IMG/VR virus record: IMGVR_UViG_3300031890_000017
Coordinates: 1-46,882 of that record
Strand: one strand, 5' to 3'
Origin: a virus
Taxonomy: Duplodnaviria; Caudoviricetes
Length of the DNA stretch: 46,882 nucleotides
Both the position numbers and the translations under genes were made by a program. The notes below the pieces were generated by a model. The model worked only from the letters and a program-made list of their open reading frames with translations, made no database searches and had not been told where the DNA came from. Shown one piece after another: positions 1-7,692 of this stretch (within the stretch, counting starts at the first letter, position 1; every line of letters begins with the position of its first letter).

Positions 1-9
1 AGAATAGGT

Positions 10-297
10 TTACCTGAATATCGGGGGCGGTGCATTGAATGTATACTTGCCCTCTACCCACAACGCCAATTGCTTGCCCATGAAACGCTCAACCTTACGC
101 ATGGCTGTATCTTCGGAGTCCATCCCAGCTTCACGCAAGCACTCCATGATGTATTCAGCACCTTCATAAAACGAATGCCGATGCGCCTCCTCGGTGATCT
201 GCTGAAGCTCCTGAACCATGTCTTTTTCTAACTGTTCTAACGTCTCGCGCTCCATCTGTTTCAGGAGTGGCGAGGTAAACGTTGCCTCACTACTCAT
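10..297 (-). CDS. hypothetical phage protein (95 aa)
   Basis: ORF on the coding strand, packed against its neighbour; acidic and helical; no recognised motif. Confidence 0.6.
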   Translation of the reverse strand: MSSEATFTSPLLKQMERETLEQLEKDMVQELQQITEEAHRHSFYEGAEYIMECLREAGMDSEDTAMRKVERFMGKQLALWVEGKYTFNAPPPIFR

Positions 298-300
298 AAC

Positions 301-489
301 TTACCCCCTATCTCTATGCGGGTTATCTTTGGTGCTAATCTTATGGCCCGACTCAGGTATAATATGATGACTCCAATACTGACGACTACGATATAATTGC
401 TTACTCAACGGCTTATTCTGTCTCCATTTCCCACGCTTAGGCCGCTTCTGAGGTAACGGGGCATTCGCCCCGCCATCAACACAGTACAT
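301..489 (-). CDS. small basic hypothetical protein; true start may be further upstream
   Basis: ORF track; the frame stays open to ~600 (…ECDQADCPCHY…) without ATG/GTG/TTG. Confidence 0.4.
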   Translation of the reverse strand: MYCVDGGANAPLPQKRPKRGKWRQNKPLSKQLYRSRQYWSHHIIPESGHKISTKDNPHRDRG

Positions 490-592
490 ATCAGTCGCTA
501 GGTCTGCTACAGCGTGTAGTGTGACCTCATGATATCCGTACGCATAGTGGCAAGGACAATCGGCCTGATCGCATTCAATAGCCCCGTACTCA

Positions 593-1078
593 TTATAATG
601 TTATGCCCTGCCGTTCATTGATATCACGCACCAATGCAGCACCAATGGTCAGCACAGCTTGCACAGATACGCGCTCTCCAACTTCAAAGCCACGCTGCGC
701 GTCTTCAGCCTGGCGGAGTAGCATTGCAAGATGCAACCAGACGACACGCGCAATAGACTTGACCGTAGGACGTTCTACGCCATCTTCCATTACAATATCA
801 CCAAGTGCTACCGCCTCAGCTACAGCCTGGCGATACGCATCACGCACTGTAGCGGCCTCAGCACCCTGCCTCTGTTGCCACAGGATAAAATCCTCTTCAT
901 ACCATGCAAGCGCATCATCACGGGTACCAAGTCCACCAGATTTCCTATACGCATTTTCAATCTCGCGTAGCCATAACTCAATGCCAGCTTTGAGGGCTGG
1001 CACTACATCGGTCGCGTATTGTTCATATTGTTTCGCAAGTTCTACAAGGCCGCCCTGCTCGGCTGATATAACAATCAT
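593..1078 (-). CDS. hypothetical protein (161 aa)
   Basis: ATGA-type overlap with the upstream gene; helical protein-like composition. Confidence 0.65.
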   Translation of the reverse strand: MIVISAEQGGLVELAKQYEQYATDVVPALKAGIELWLREIENAYRKSGGLGTRDDALAWYEEDFILWQQRQGAEAATVRDAYRQAVAEAVALGDIVMEDGVERPTVKSIARVVWLHLAMLLRQAEDAQRGFEVGERVSVQAVLTIGAALVRDINERQGITL

Positions 1079-1557
1079 GTGACGACTTCTCCTACTTTGT
1101 ATTCAATTTCTGGCTCAGGTAACTGGTACTGACGCTGCGTGATAATCTCATATAACGTCATCCCACTCTGCTCATCTAACATATACGCAGCAAAGGCTTC
1201 GGCGGTATCAATGGCTAATCCCAGGTCAACCATTGCCATCTGCAAATCAATTAAGTCCCTAACCGTCGCCCAGGCTGTCTGGTATGCCCTTGCCCACGTG
1301 ATATAGTTGCGTTGTGTATTCGTCCTGGCCTTATTATACATGGCTCGCTGTGTCTCAGATACGCGCACAGGCATACGAAACTTCACCGTTTGCCCACGGA
1401 TACGCATACTAAAGGTCATACCCATGCGCTTGCCAGCAAAATCCCCTACCCCTAGCTGATACGCGAACTCCGTTACGCCATGATCGGCCAGCGTTTTTTC
1501 GATGTGCGAAAAAATATTCGGCGATCTGCTATTCGTGTTCAGCAAGCTCTTTGTCAT
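1075..1557 (-). CDS. conserved-looking phage hypothetical protein
   Basis: likely start MTKSLL after a GAGG SD; AYQTAWATVRDLIDLQMAMV..EAFAAY resembles a recurrent phage hypothetical family (from memory). Confidence 0.65.
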   Translation of the reverse strand: MTKSLLNTNSRSPNIFSHIEKTLADHGVTEFAYQLGVGDFAGKRMGMTFSMRIRGQTVKFRMPVRVSETQRAMYNKARTNTQRNYITWARAYQTAWATVRDLIDLQMAMVDLGLAIDTAEAFAAYMLDEQSGMTLYEIITQRQYQLPEPEIEYKVGEVVT

Positions 1558-2230
1558 GCTCCAACCTCTCTTTTTCCTCTGGCAGCAAATGCATACGACC
1601 ATAGAACCGTTGTAACCAGTCAATCATCTGCTCTCTATAAGCGTAGTTTACCATTTCCTCTCGGATGCGATCTATATCGCGGCTTACTGTCGATTGATTG
1701 ATATGCAACCTTGCGGCAACTTCTGCCTCTGAGATATCCCAATCATGCGCTATATACAATTCTAATATACGTTGGTGCCTCTTGTGAAGCGAACGCACAA
1801 ATTCCATCATCGCCACAGTCGCTTCAGTCAAGGCGTGCAGGTCGTTCATGAGGGCTTGCGCATCTGTATTATCGCCCTCTTCTTCACCGTCTTCACCCCG
1901 TACAACGTATATCGGCTCAGTGTCCATTTCATGCCACACCTGCCACCAATACAACCCGTGCAGATGATTAAGAATAGTTGTCTTCATGAACGCATGAACT
2001 TCCGCATTATCACGTGTGAGGTCAACATCTTGATCGGCCTTACATAAAGCAAACAAGACCTCACTCTGCAAGTCTTCAAAGTCCATGTGCTTGCCAAAGG
2101 TCTTGTGCAGCTTTTCACGGTCGAAATACTTTCCAATCGTCGCCAGCGCAAACGGTGCCATCGCCCGTATAAATTCATGCACCGTATCATCGCGCTGAAT
2201 ATGTCGAACCAGTGTCGCAGTCTCAACCAC
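1529..2230 (-). CDS. sigma70-family alternative RNA polymerase sigma factor
   Basis: region-2-like DFEDLQSEVLFALCKA…AFMKTTILNHL and region-4 HTH SEAEVAARLHINQSTVSRDIDRIR; AGGGG SD. Confidence 0.85.
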   Translation of the reverse strand: MVETATLVRHIQRDDTVHEFIRAMAPFALATIGKYFDREKLHKTFGKHMDFEDLQSEVLFALCKADQDVDLTRDNAEVHAFMKTTILNHLHGLYWWQVWHEMDTEPIYVVRGEDGEEEGDNTDAQALMNDLHALTEATVAMMEFVRSLHKRHQRILELYIAHDWDISEAEVAARLHINQSTVSRDIDRIREEMVNYAYREQMIDWLQRFYGRMHLLPEEKERLEHDKELAEHE

Positions 2231-2244
2231 GGTTCTTGTCCCCC

Positions 2245-2817
2245 TTATGTACTTTTCCTACCACGATAGCCAAACTTCCTCGCATCAGCTACCGTTTTGC
2301 CTACATTGTAGATCGCACTGGATAACCGCGCATCACGCAAGTTTTCCATTTCAAAAGTCGGTAACTCATACAACGGGTCTGGAACCTGACGCATACTCAC
2401 GAACTGCCGCTTTGGTTCGATCATTCCCAGGTTCAACCAAACGACATCGCCAAATGCTTCGCCAAGTTCCCAACATAAAATTTTTTCATTCCAGGCATTG
2501 TCCATCATGCCCACCATTTTTTCCAAGAGCAGTCGCAGGTTCGCACCACTTGAGTCTTCACAGGTCTGAAAAAATTTCAGGCGCAATGGGAAACTCATGA
2601 TATACGCAGCCCGTAGTGCTGCACTCGGAGCCACCCCAGGCTTATTTTCGTGTAAACCAATAATCCCCAGGATGTCTTCAACTGGTGTGCAAAAGCTATT
2701 ATACGGCTTACAACTTGACCGATCTCCGTGCTGATAGTGATAGACCCCACCGATACGGCCAACGAATAATTCACGATCTTCAATGCAGTGCAACTGCAAT
2801 GCTTCATCCTCTTCCAT
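2245..2817 (-). CDS. hypothetical protein (190 aa)
   Basis: ORF overlapping the upstream gene end, GAGGA SD. Confidence 0.6.
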   Translation of the reverse strand: MEEDEALQLHCIEDRELFVGRIGGVYHYQHGDRSSCKPYNSFCTPVEDILGIIGLHENKPGVAPSAALRAAYIMSFPLRLKFFQTCEDSSGANLRLLLEKMVGMMDNAWNEKILCWELGEAFGDVVWLNLGMIEPKRQFVSMRQVPDPLYELPTFEMENLRDARLSSAIYNVGKTVADARKFGYRGRKST

Positions 2818-3076
2818 ATGTGTTCCTCATATATTCTTCATGTGTATACAGGTACTTGTTGCACTCAAGCAACTCCATAATACGCGCCCGCTCCATCAAC
2901 CACCCATGCCGCCTTCTTAAAGGCCGCTTCTGACTTCTTTGTATGGTATAGATAGCTGTCCACCACAGACCGTACTCATAAATCATCCCCACAGCAAATT
3001 CTTTTTCTGTAAGCTGCGAGCAGAAGTGCAATACTTTGCCGTCCCGCAACTGATGATATAATGCGTCTACGTCCAT
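2804..3076 (-). CDS. hypothetical protein (90 aa)
   Basis: TAATG coupling with the peptidase-vWA gene. Confidence 0.6.
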   Translation of the reverse strand: MDVDALYHQLRDGKVLHFCSQLTEKEFAVGMIYEYGLWWTAIYTIQRSQKRPLRRRHGWLMERARIMELLECNKYLYTHEEYMRNTYGRG

Positions 3077-4680
3077 TATGCGACTACCCCCACCAATGCG
3101 TCCATAAGTTTCATCGGTAGCCTCTCAAGTGTCGAGCGAATTGAGATAATCCAGTCAGGCATCTGATTGTAGGCTCCATACAAATTATTTTCATCGTCAA
3201 AGGTCGTGATGTCTACAACGACAATGGTAAAACCATCTTCAAAGAATTTTTTCAAACGCGGGAGACAATCGTACGCCCAACCAGAGATGCCACCATCCGT
3301 GATAACCACAATAAATTTTTCCCGCGCCAACCAGAGCCACGGCTGTTGCTGGTTTGCCCCATTAGCATTTGCCAGTTCATCTAAGGCTGGGGCTAACACT
3401 GTACCACCACTAGACTGCGGATACACCCGCGTCTTCGATATCTGGTTGCCCATTGGCATCACCACATCGTAGTACGAATTAAAATTCACCAGCGCGGTCT
3501 TGACATCGTAGATGCCCTCAAGGGCTGCCAGGAAACACACCACAGCAGCAGCGTACAGGTTCATGATACCCGATGTACTCCCGCTCACATCACACAGCAC
3601 AGCCAACTCAATCCAGGGCTTCGTCCTGGCATACGTAACTGCCGTGCGATGATCTTCACCAGAAACCAGATCATGCCACTTAAGATGCCGTTTACGTGGA
3701 TGCAATGGGCCATCCCAGCCGAGCTTGCGAAAAACTTTTTGCTTACTTTGGATAAACAGGTTGCGAAGTTCAATAATCACTGACGCATACATCTGTGTCA
3801 CCCAATTATAGAATTCCTCACTCTGTTCCTCTTTCGACGGTGGCGGGCCATCTACCCCAGCCATCATGCCACCTGCAAGTTTATCTTGCCCAGGATTGCC
3901 CTGCGCATCTAAGGCCGTTTTTAGAGCTTCGTAGTTACCAGAGGCGTTAACTTGCGCCCCCTGCATGATCTGTTGGATTTCCTCATCAGTAAGAGCTTCC
4001 TGTTCTTGTTCGCCTCCCGCCATTGCCTGCATCCAGGTATTTTCGTCATCGTCGCTCCCAGTCGTCACGTGCTTATAGTACAGGTATTCGTAGATAGCGA
4101 GGCCAGCATTAATGGTATTCCTACGATGACCGCGCATCGACGAAAGCATAAGAGGCAACACAAAACGCACTAAGGCAGGGTCGGCACCAGGCCGTACCAC
4201 GCCGAAGCGCGTCATCAAGAATACCGTATTCAGGTCGATCTCTAGCTGCTTACCTTTTAAGAAACTTGGTGTAGCCCACTTTAGACACGACAATAACAAC
4301 TGAATATACTTGGCCGTGTTCGGAAACTGGCTCATCATCCAGTATTCGTCATGCTGGTCATCCAGGCAATTCGCAATGTAGTCCATGACGAAATTGCCAA
4401 ACGGATGTAAGATGTCAAAGCGTTGCGATAGGATATGGCTCACCTCATGATAGAGTAAGCACAACTCAAACGTTTGATAGCTGATTAAGCTATAGTACGG
4501 AGACTTCTGATACATCTCCTTCGCACGCTGCGAATAGATGCGTATCGTGCAGATATTATGCGGTCGCTTCGTCGGGTCGGTACGCACATCGGCAGCGACC
4601 TTACCGCCCTTCGGAATTTTTTCAACTGTGACTGGCTTCCGCCCAGTCAGCAGCAACGGGTTCTTGTACCCAGTTCCCAT
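3076..4680 (-). CDS. HExxH metallopeptidase-like + vWA domain protein (MoxR partner type)
   Basis: YHEVSH zinc motif in the N-terminal part, acidic/Gln linker, C-terminal MIDAS elements DVSGS, GGT and VITDG. Confidence 0.85.
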   Translation of the reverse strand: MGTGYKNPLLLTGRKPVTVEKIPKGGKVAADVRTDPTKRPHNICTIRIYSQRAKEMYQKSPYYSLISYQTFELCLLYHEVSHILSQRFDILHPFGNFVMDYIANCLDDQHDEYWMMSQFPNTAKYIQLLLSCLKWATPSFLKGKQLEIDLNTVFLMTRFGVVRPGADPALVRFVLPLMLSSMRGHRRNTINAGLAIYEYLYYKHVTTGSDDDENTWMQAMAGGEQEQEALTDEEIQQIMQGAQVNASGNYEALKTALDAQGNPGQDKLAGGMMAGVDGPPPSKEEQSEEFYNWVTQMYASVIIELRNLFIQSKQKVFRKLGWDGPLHPRKRHLKWHDLVSGEDHRTAVTYARTKPWIELAVLCDVSGSTSGIMNLYAAAVVCFLAALEGIYDVKTALVNFNSYYDVVMPMGNQISKTRVYPQSSGGTVLAPALDELANANGANQQQPWLWLAREKFIVVITDGGISGWAYDCLPRLKKFFEDGFTIVVVDITTFDDENNLYGAYNQMPDWIISIRSTLERLPMKLMDALVGVVA

Positions 4681-4721
4681 CTTGCACCTCTGCTACTATT
4701 GGAAAAAATGTTCACATAGGT

Positions 4722-4751
4722 ATTATAAAGTAAGTCAATGGAGTCTGTAAA
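4722..4751 (-). promoter_or_regulatory. sigma70-type promoter upstream of the peptidase-vWA gene
   Basis: minus strand TTTACA-18 nt-TATAAT in the intergenic region. Confidence 0.55.
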
Positions 4752-4772
4752 GGCAGGTCTGGACGGTGTTCA

Positions 4773-5045
4773 CTATTGTCTGAAGAGACCATGTTCCCCG
4801 CAACACGGGATACACACAGGTACACCGCCACGACATTCTTTAGGGCAATAGCGCACAAAAGTATGCCTCGCCCCTGCCTGAATTTTTAGAACAGCCACGA
4901 TACATAAAAATTTTAGATGCTCATCACAAAAATTTTCCTGACAGGCATGACATTTATCTTTGACTGTTTTCCCACATATCACGCAGCCATCTGTGCGCGG
5001 CGTAAAGATAATCCCAGGTATTTCAAAATCTATATCAATAGCCAT
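4773..5045 (-). CDS. small Cys/His-rich zinc-finger protein
   Basis: CxxC-x7-CxxC-x4-CxxH pattern plus a second CxxxC…CxxCCxxH cluster. Confidence 0.7.
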   Translation of the reverse strand: MAIDIDFEIPGIIFTPRTDGCVICGKTVKDKCHACQENFCDEHLKFLCIVAVLKIQAGARHTFVRYCPKECRGGVPVCIPCCGEHGLFRQ

Positions 5046-5175
5046 CTTTCAATCCCCTAAAATACAGGTAGGAGCTACGACTGCGACAATAGCTCCCGCC
5101 TGCTTCGCAGGTTCCGTTGGATTACAACGTGTCCCACCTGCACATTTCAACGATACACTATTCCCAGCTATATTG

Positions 5176-5862
5176 CTAGGCCGAGACAACGCTCACGATC
5201 TGGTCTGCAACCTGCGACGGGTCTGTAACGCGCCGCATATCGTAGAAGTATACCTGGCCTGCATGACGCTGCGCCAATGCCTGATAATGGCCTGGGGCAG
5301 AGCGGTTGTCGTCGCCGTCGCCAATCAACAGGAAAAACACCTTGTGATTTTTCGGCGCACTGTCAACCCAGGACGTGAAGCTGTCGCCATCATCGAGCGC
5401 ACCATCGCACAGTACACAGAGATCAAACTCGCGCTTACGGTCAAGTACCTCATCCTGTGAAAACTCTTCGTCACGATCTTCCATCCACTGCGCGATAGCT
5501 GGCATGATATGCGTATTGCCACCGCAACGAGCCAGAGCAGCCTTCGCCTGATAGTTACCAGGATTGACATTGCCAAACTGCACAACATCGGTTCCACGGA
5601 AACCAAAGGTCAAAAGCCCACCCTCATCACCATGCGGTGCGTAGTCTTTTTGCCCTGCGAGACTGGCATCTGTCGCTGCGCTATCCAGTTCTGAGAGTCG
5701 CGTGACCAAAATCTGATACGCCTGCATCGTAAACTGATGCCGTGACGTGTCAGCCCCAGGAATAAGCGGCCATGTCTCACTGGTAGACAGGTCTATAAAG
5801 GCTACGGGTTCATGCTCAATCTCTGAGCTAGGCACTTGGGTACTAGGGTCATACGTAGACAT
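5176..5862 (-). CDS. standalone vWA-domain protein
   Basis: MIDAS DLSTS, GGNT and LCDG, then FFLLIGD; likely start MSTYDP. Confidence 0.8.
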   Translation of the reverse strand: MSTYDPSTQVPSSEIEHEPVAFIDLSTSETWPLIPGADTSRHQFTMQAYQILVTRLSELDSAATDASLAGQKDYAPHGDEGGLLTFGFRGTDVVQFGNVNPGNYQAKAALARCGGNTHIMPAIAQWMEDRDEEFSQDEVLDRKREFDLCVLCDGALDDGDSFTSWVDSAPKNHKVFFLLIGDGDDNRSAPGHYQALAQRHAGQVYFYDMRRVTDPSQVADQIVSVVSA

Positions 5863-5976
5863 AATAAATGTTCCCTTCTGTAGCACTGCTACTATTCGGG
5901 GACGAAAATTTTTTAGCGTCCTAAGCTACTTGTTTCATCCCACCTGAATACTAACTAAACAAACGACATTCCAAAA

Positions 5977-6310
5977 AATTTTCAGCAAAGAAGCTGTAGG
6001 CAGGAATTTTTTTACCTGCTCTGGCTGAGGGCTTGAGAGCTTCAAAGATCAAACAGCCGTTACGGGAGTCGCCAGCAAAGGCTATGGGTTCTTTCTACAG
6101 CCTCCTCACTGAAAATTGCTGGGCAAGACTTACATCGGTCAACGGGTCTGCTTGTGACCTAGCTCACTGTAGGTCAACCCCGTCTAAGATGATACCTAGC
6201 GGCTCTACCGTGCCTTGCCCCAGTGCTTGCAAGAGCGTTAACAGAAGTGCGTTAACAGGAACAAGCACTGTTTATCTCCGTTTTTTTAGCGTCTCCAACG
6301 GATAAACCTG
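5977..6310 (-). ncRNA. structured RNA domain(s) of unknown class
   Basis: 23-bp helix 5977-5999/6095-6117 fully paired on the minus strand with 4 G-U pairs; further stems GGGCAAG/CTTGCCC, TGACCTA/TAGGTCA, CAGTGCTTG/CAAGCACTG. Confidence 0.65.
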
Positions 6311-6316
6311 ACGCAG

Positions 6317-6437
6317 TGGACGGGGGCAGCCTCGAACTGCCGTACCTCCTGTACAAAGAAGACTGTTCCTAAACTTTGCACAGGTATTCTTTTCCGTAAC
6401 CTATATCTCAAGGCCACATACTAGAACTAACCCGCCC
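6317..6437 (-). ncRNA. tRNA-like RNA with Ala identity elements but no anticodon loop
   Basis: acceptor GGGCGGG/CCCGTCC-A (G3:U70, A73); T-arm GGCAG-TTCGAGG-CTGCC; D-stem GTTC/GAAT with a hairpin inserted in the D-loop; 11-bp extended anticodon-position stem with a 15-nt loop. Confidence 0.8.
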
Positions 6438-7045
6438 AAGTGAGCGAGCTTAGTGGCATTGCTGTCAAGCTCGCCAATTGGAAGTTTCAGCCGCGTGAGT
6501 GGCAGAACCCGCGACTGCCGATACCTACAGGTGAGCATAATCGTTATCCAACCCCGTACGGCAGGGTGCCGAGACTTTCATCCGATCTGCACCGCGTTAC
6601 TTCGCTTTTGTCGGACGCACTATAGGCATCGGCAGGCGTGAATACAACCTGCACAATCGACTGCTAAGAGCAGTGCGAGTCTGGTACTCGCGCCTATGCA
6701 CTAGGCCAGCGAGCGACCTCACCTGGAGTACCGAGCGTATCGCACTGCTCTTACATGGCACGGATTGACGTACCGTACCCTGTGCCGAGGCAAACGCCAG
6801 CATTGCGCTTTTGCCAGGGCTACTCACGCTTCGAGGGCAAGTCTGGTCTGCCACGGTGGGGCTTTGGCGATTTGAACACCAATCAGCATAAGCAGTTAGC
6901 CGCATACTCATACTTAACCAGATGCCACTGGCTAACCAGGGCAGCCCCTCGCGTGTTAGAGCATGACTAGTATGACCCTTAACGGTGACACGTGGCACCG
7001 TCCCTCAGAGCGCAAGCCTTACGAGGGCCGTGCGGCTTTGGGCGG
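6438..7045 (-). ncRNA. ~600-nt ornate structured RNA candidate
   Basis: perfect 14-bp helix 6665-6678/6740-6753; 15-bp helix 6516-6530/6620-6634 with 2 G-U on minus; GCAA-capped hairpin; T-loop hairpin TTGGTG-TTCAAAT-CGCCAA; no credible ORF. Confidence 0.7.
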
Positions 7046-7117
7046 AGCGGGAGACGGGACTCGAACCCGTAACCTCCTGCTTGGAAGGCAGGCACTCTAC
7101 CATTGAGTTACTTCCGC
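7046..7117 (-). tRNA. tRNA-Gly (anticodon TCC)
   Basis: GCGGAAGTAACTCAATGGTAGAGTGCCTGCCTTCCAAGCAGGAGGTTACGGGTTCGAGTCCCGTCTCCCGCT; full cloverleaf, U73, one A-C mismatch in the acceptor stem, CCA not fully encoded (CCG). Confidence 0.95.
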
Positions 7118-7211
7118 CTATCTACTTATATAAATGTCAGAATTTTTATAATTGTTAACCCCCAACGTCTCTATACATATACGTATGATTTCTAAAAGAC
7201 TTAAGCAAATA

Positions 7212-7571
7212 TGGTGGGGCCTCGTACCCCTACGTCTCCTGTACCTATATCCCGTTAATGTGCGCACACGTTTCAGGCATCAACAGGTTCTTAGTAAAGC
7301 GGCCCCATGTGATAGAATAGGGTGCCATTCCCCAACAGTCCAACACCCTATTCTTATTTCAACACGACGCTCTCACGTCGCTGATGCTCATGGCTTGTGA
7401 GCATTTTGCATAAGTGCCATACATGCTACTCTGCCCTATTGATACCAGATCAGTATAGCTGCAAGCCACAACAGCTTATCGCCTACGGGTTCTTTCAGCT
7501 TTATGACACCCTATATAGTCTCAGCAGCCCGTATCACTACCACATCTTCCTTGTGGTCGGTGCGAGGCCCC
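7212..7571 (-). ncRNA. ~360-nt structured RNA candidate ending in an acceptor-like stem plus ACCA
   Basis: GGGGCCTCGCACC…GGTACGAGGCCCC-ACCA closing helix; 11-bp hairpin 7314-7354; GAGA-capped hairpin; complementary loops 7391-7397/7462-7468. Wobble evidence for the strand is mixed but mostly minus. Confidence 0.55.
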
Positions 7572-7692
7572 GCCTGTGTCTATCGCTTGTACTGTGCGGC
7601 CTCTTAAGAATTGTGCTACGGCGTCCATGTCCCTGTACTTCGCCCTCACTGGTTACAACGCACAGGCTGGGATGTAGCAAGGCTCCTGAATT

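Noticed and set aside
6398-6413. Group I intron S-element-like GAGATATAGG within the tRNA-like RNA
   Set aside because: It lies in a short D-loop hairpin, with no room for an intron core and no P7 partner
6571-6583. RNase P RNA-like GGATGAAAGTCTC on the minus strand
   Set aside because: It resembles CR-I GAGGAAAGTCC, but no matching CR-V/P4 partner was found downstream
6975-7045. Theta/HDV-like ribozyme after the tRNA-Gly 3' end
   Set aside because: I could not build the P1/P1.1/P2/P3 nested double pseudoknot
7168-7210. Sixth copy of the phage promoter upstream of tRNA-Gly
   Set aside because: A -10-like TATATGTATAG is present, but there is no GCATA element at the conserved spacing, so it is too weak to call
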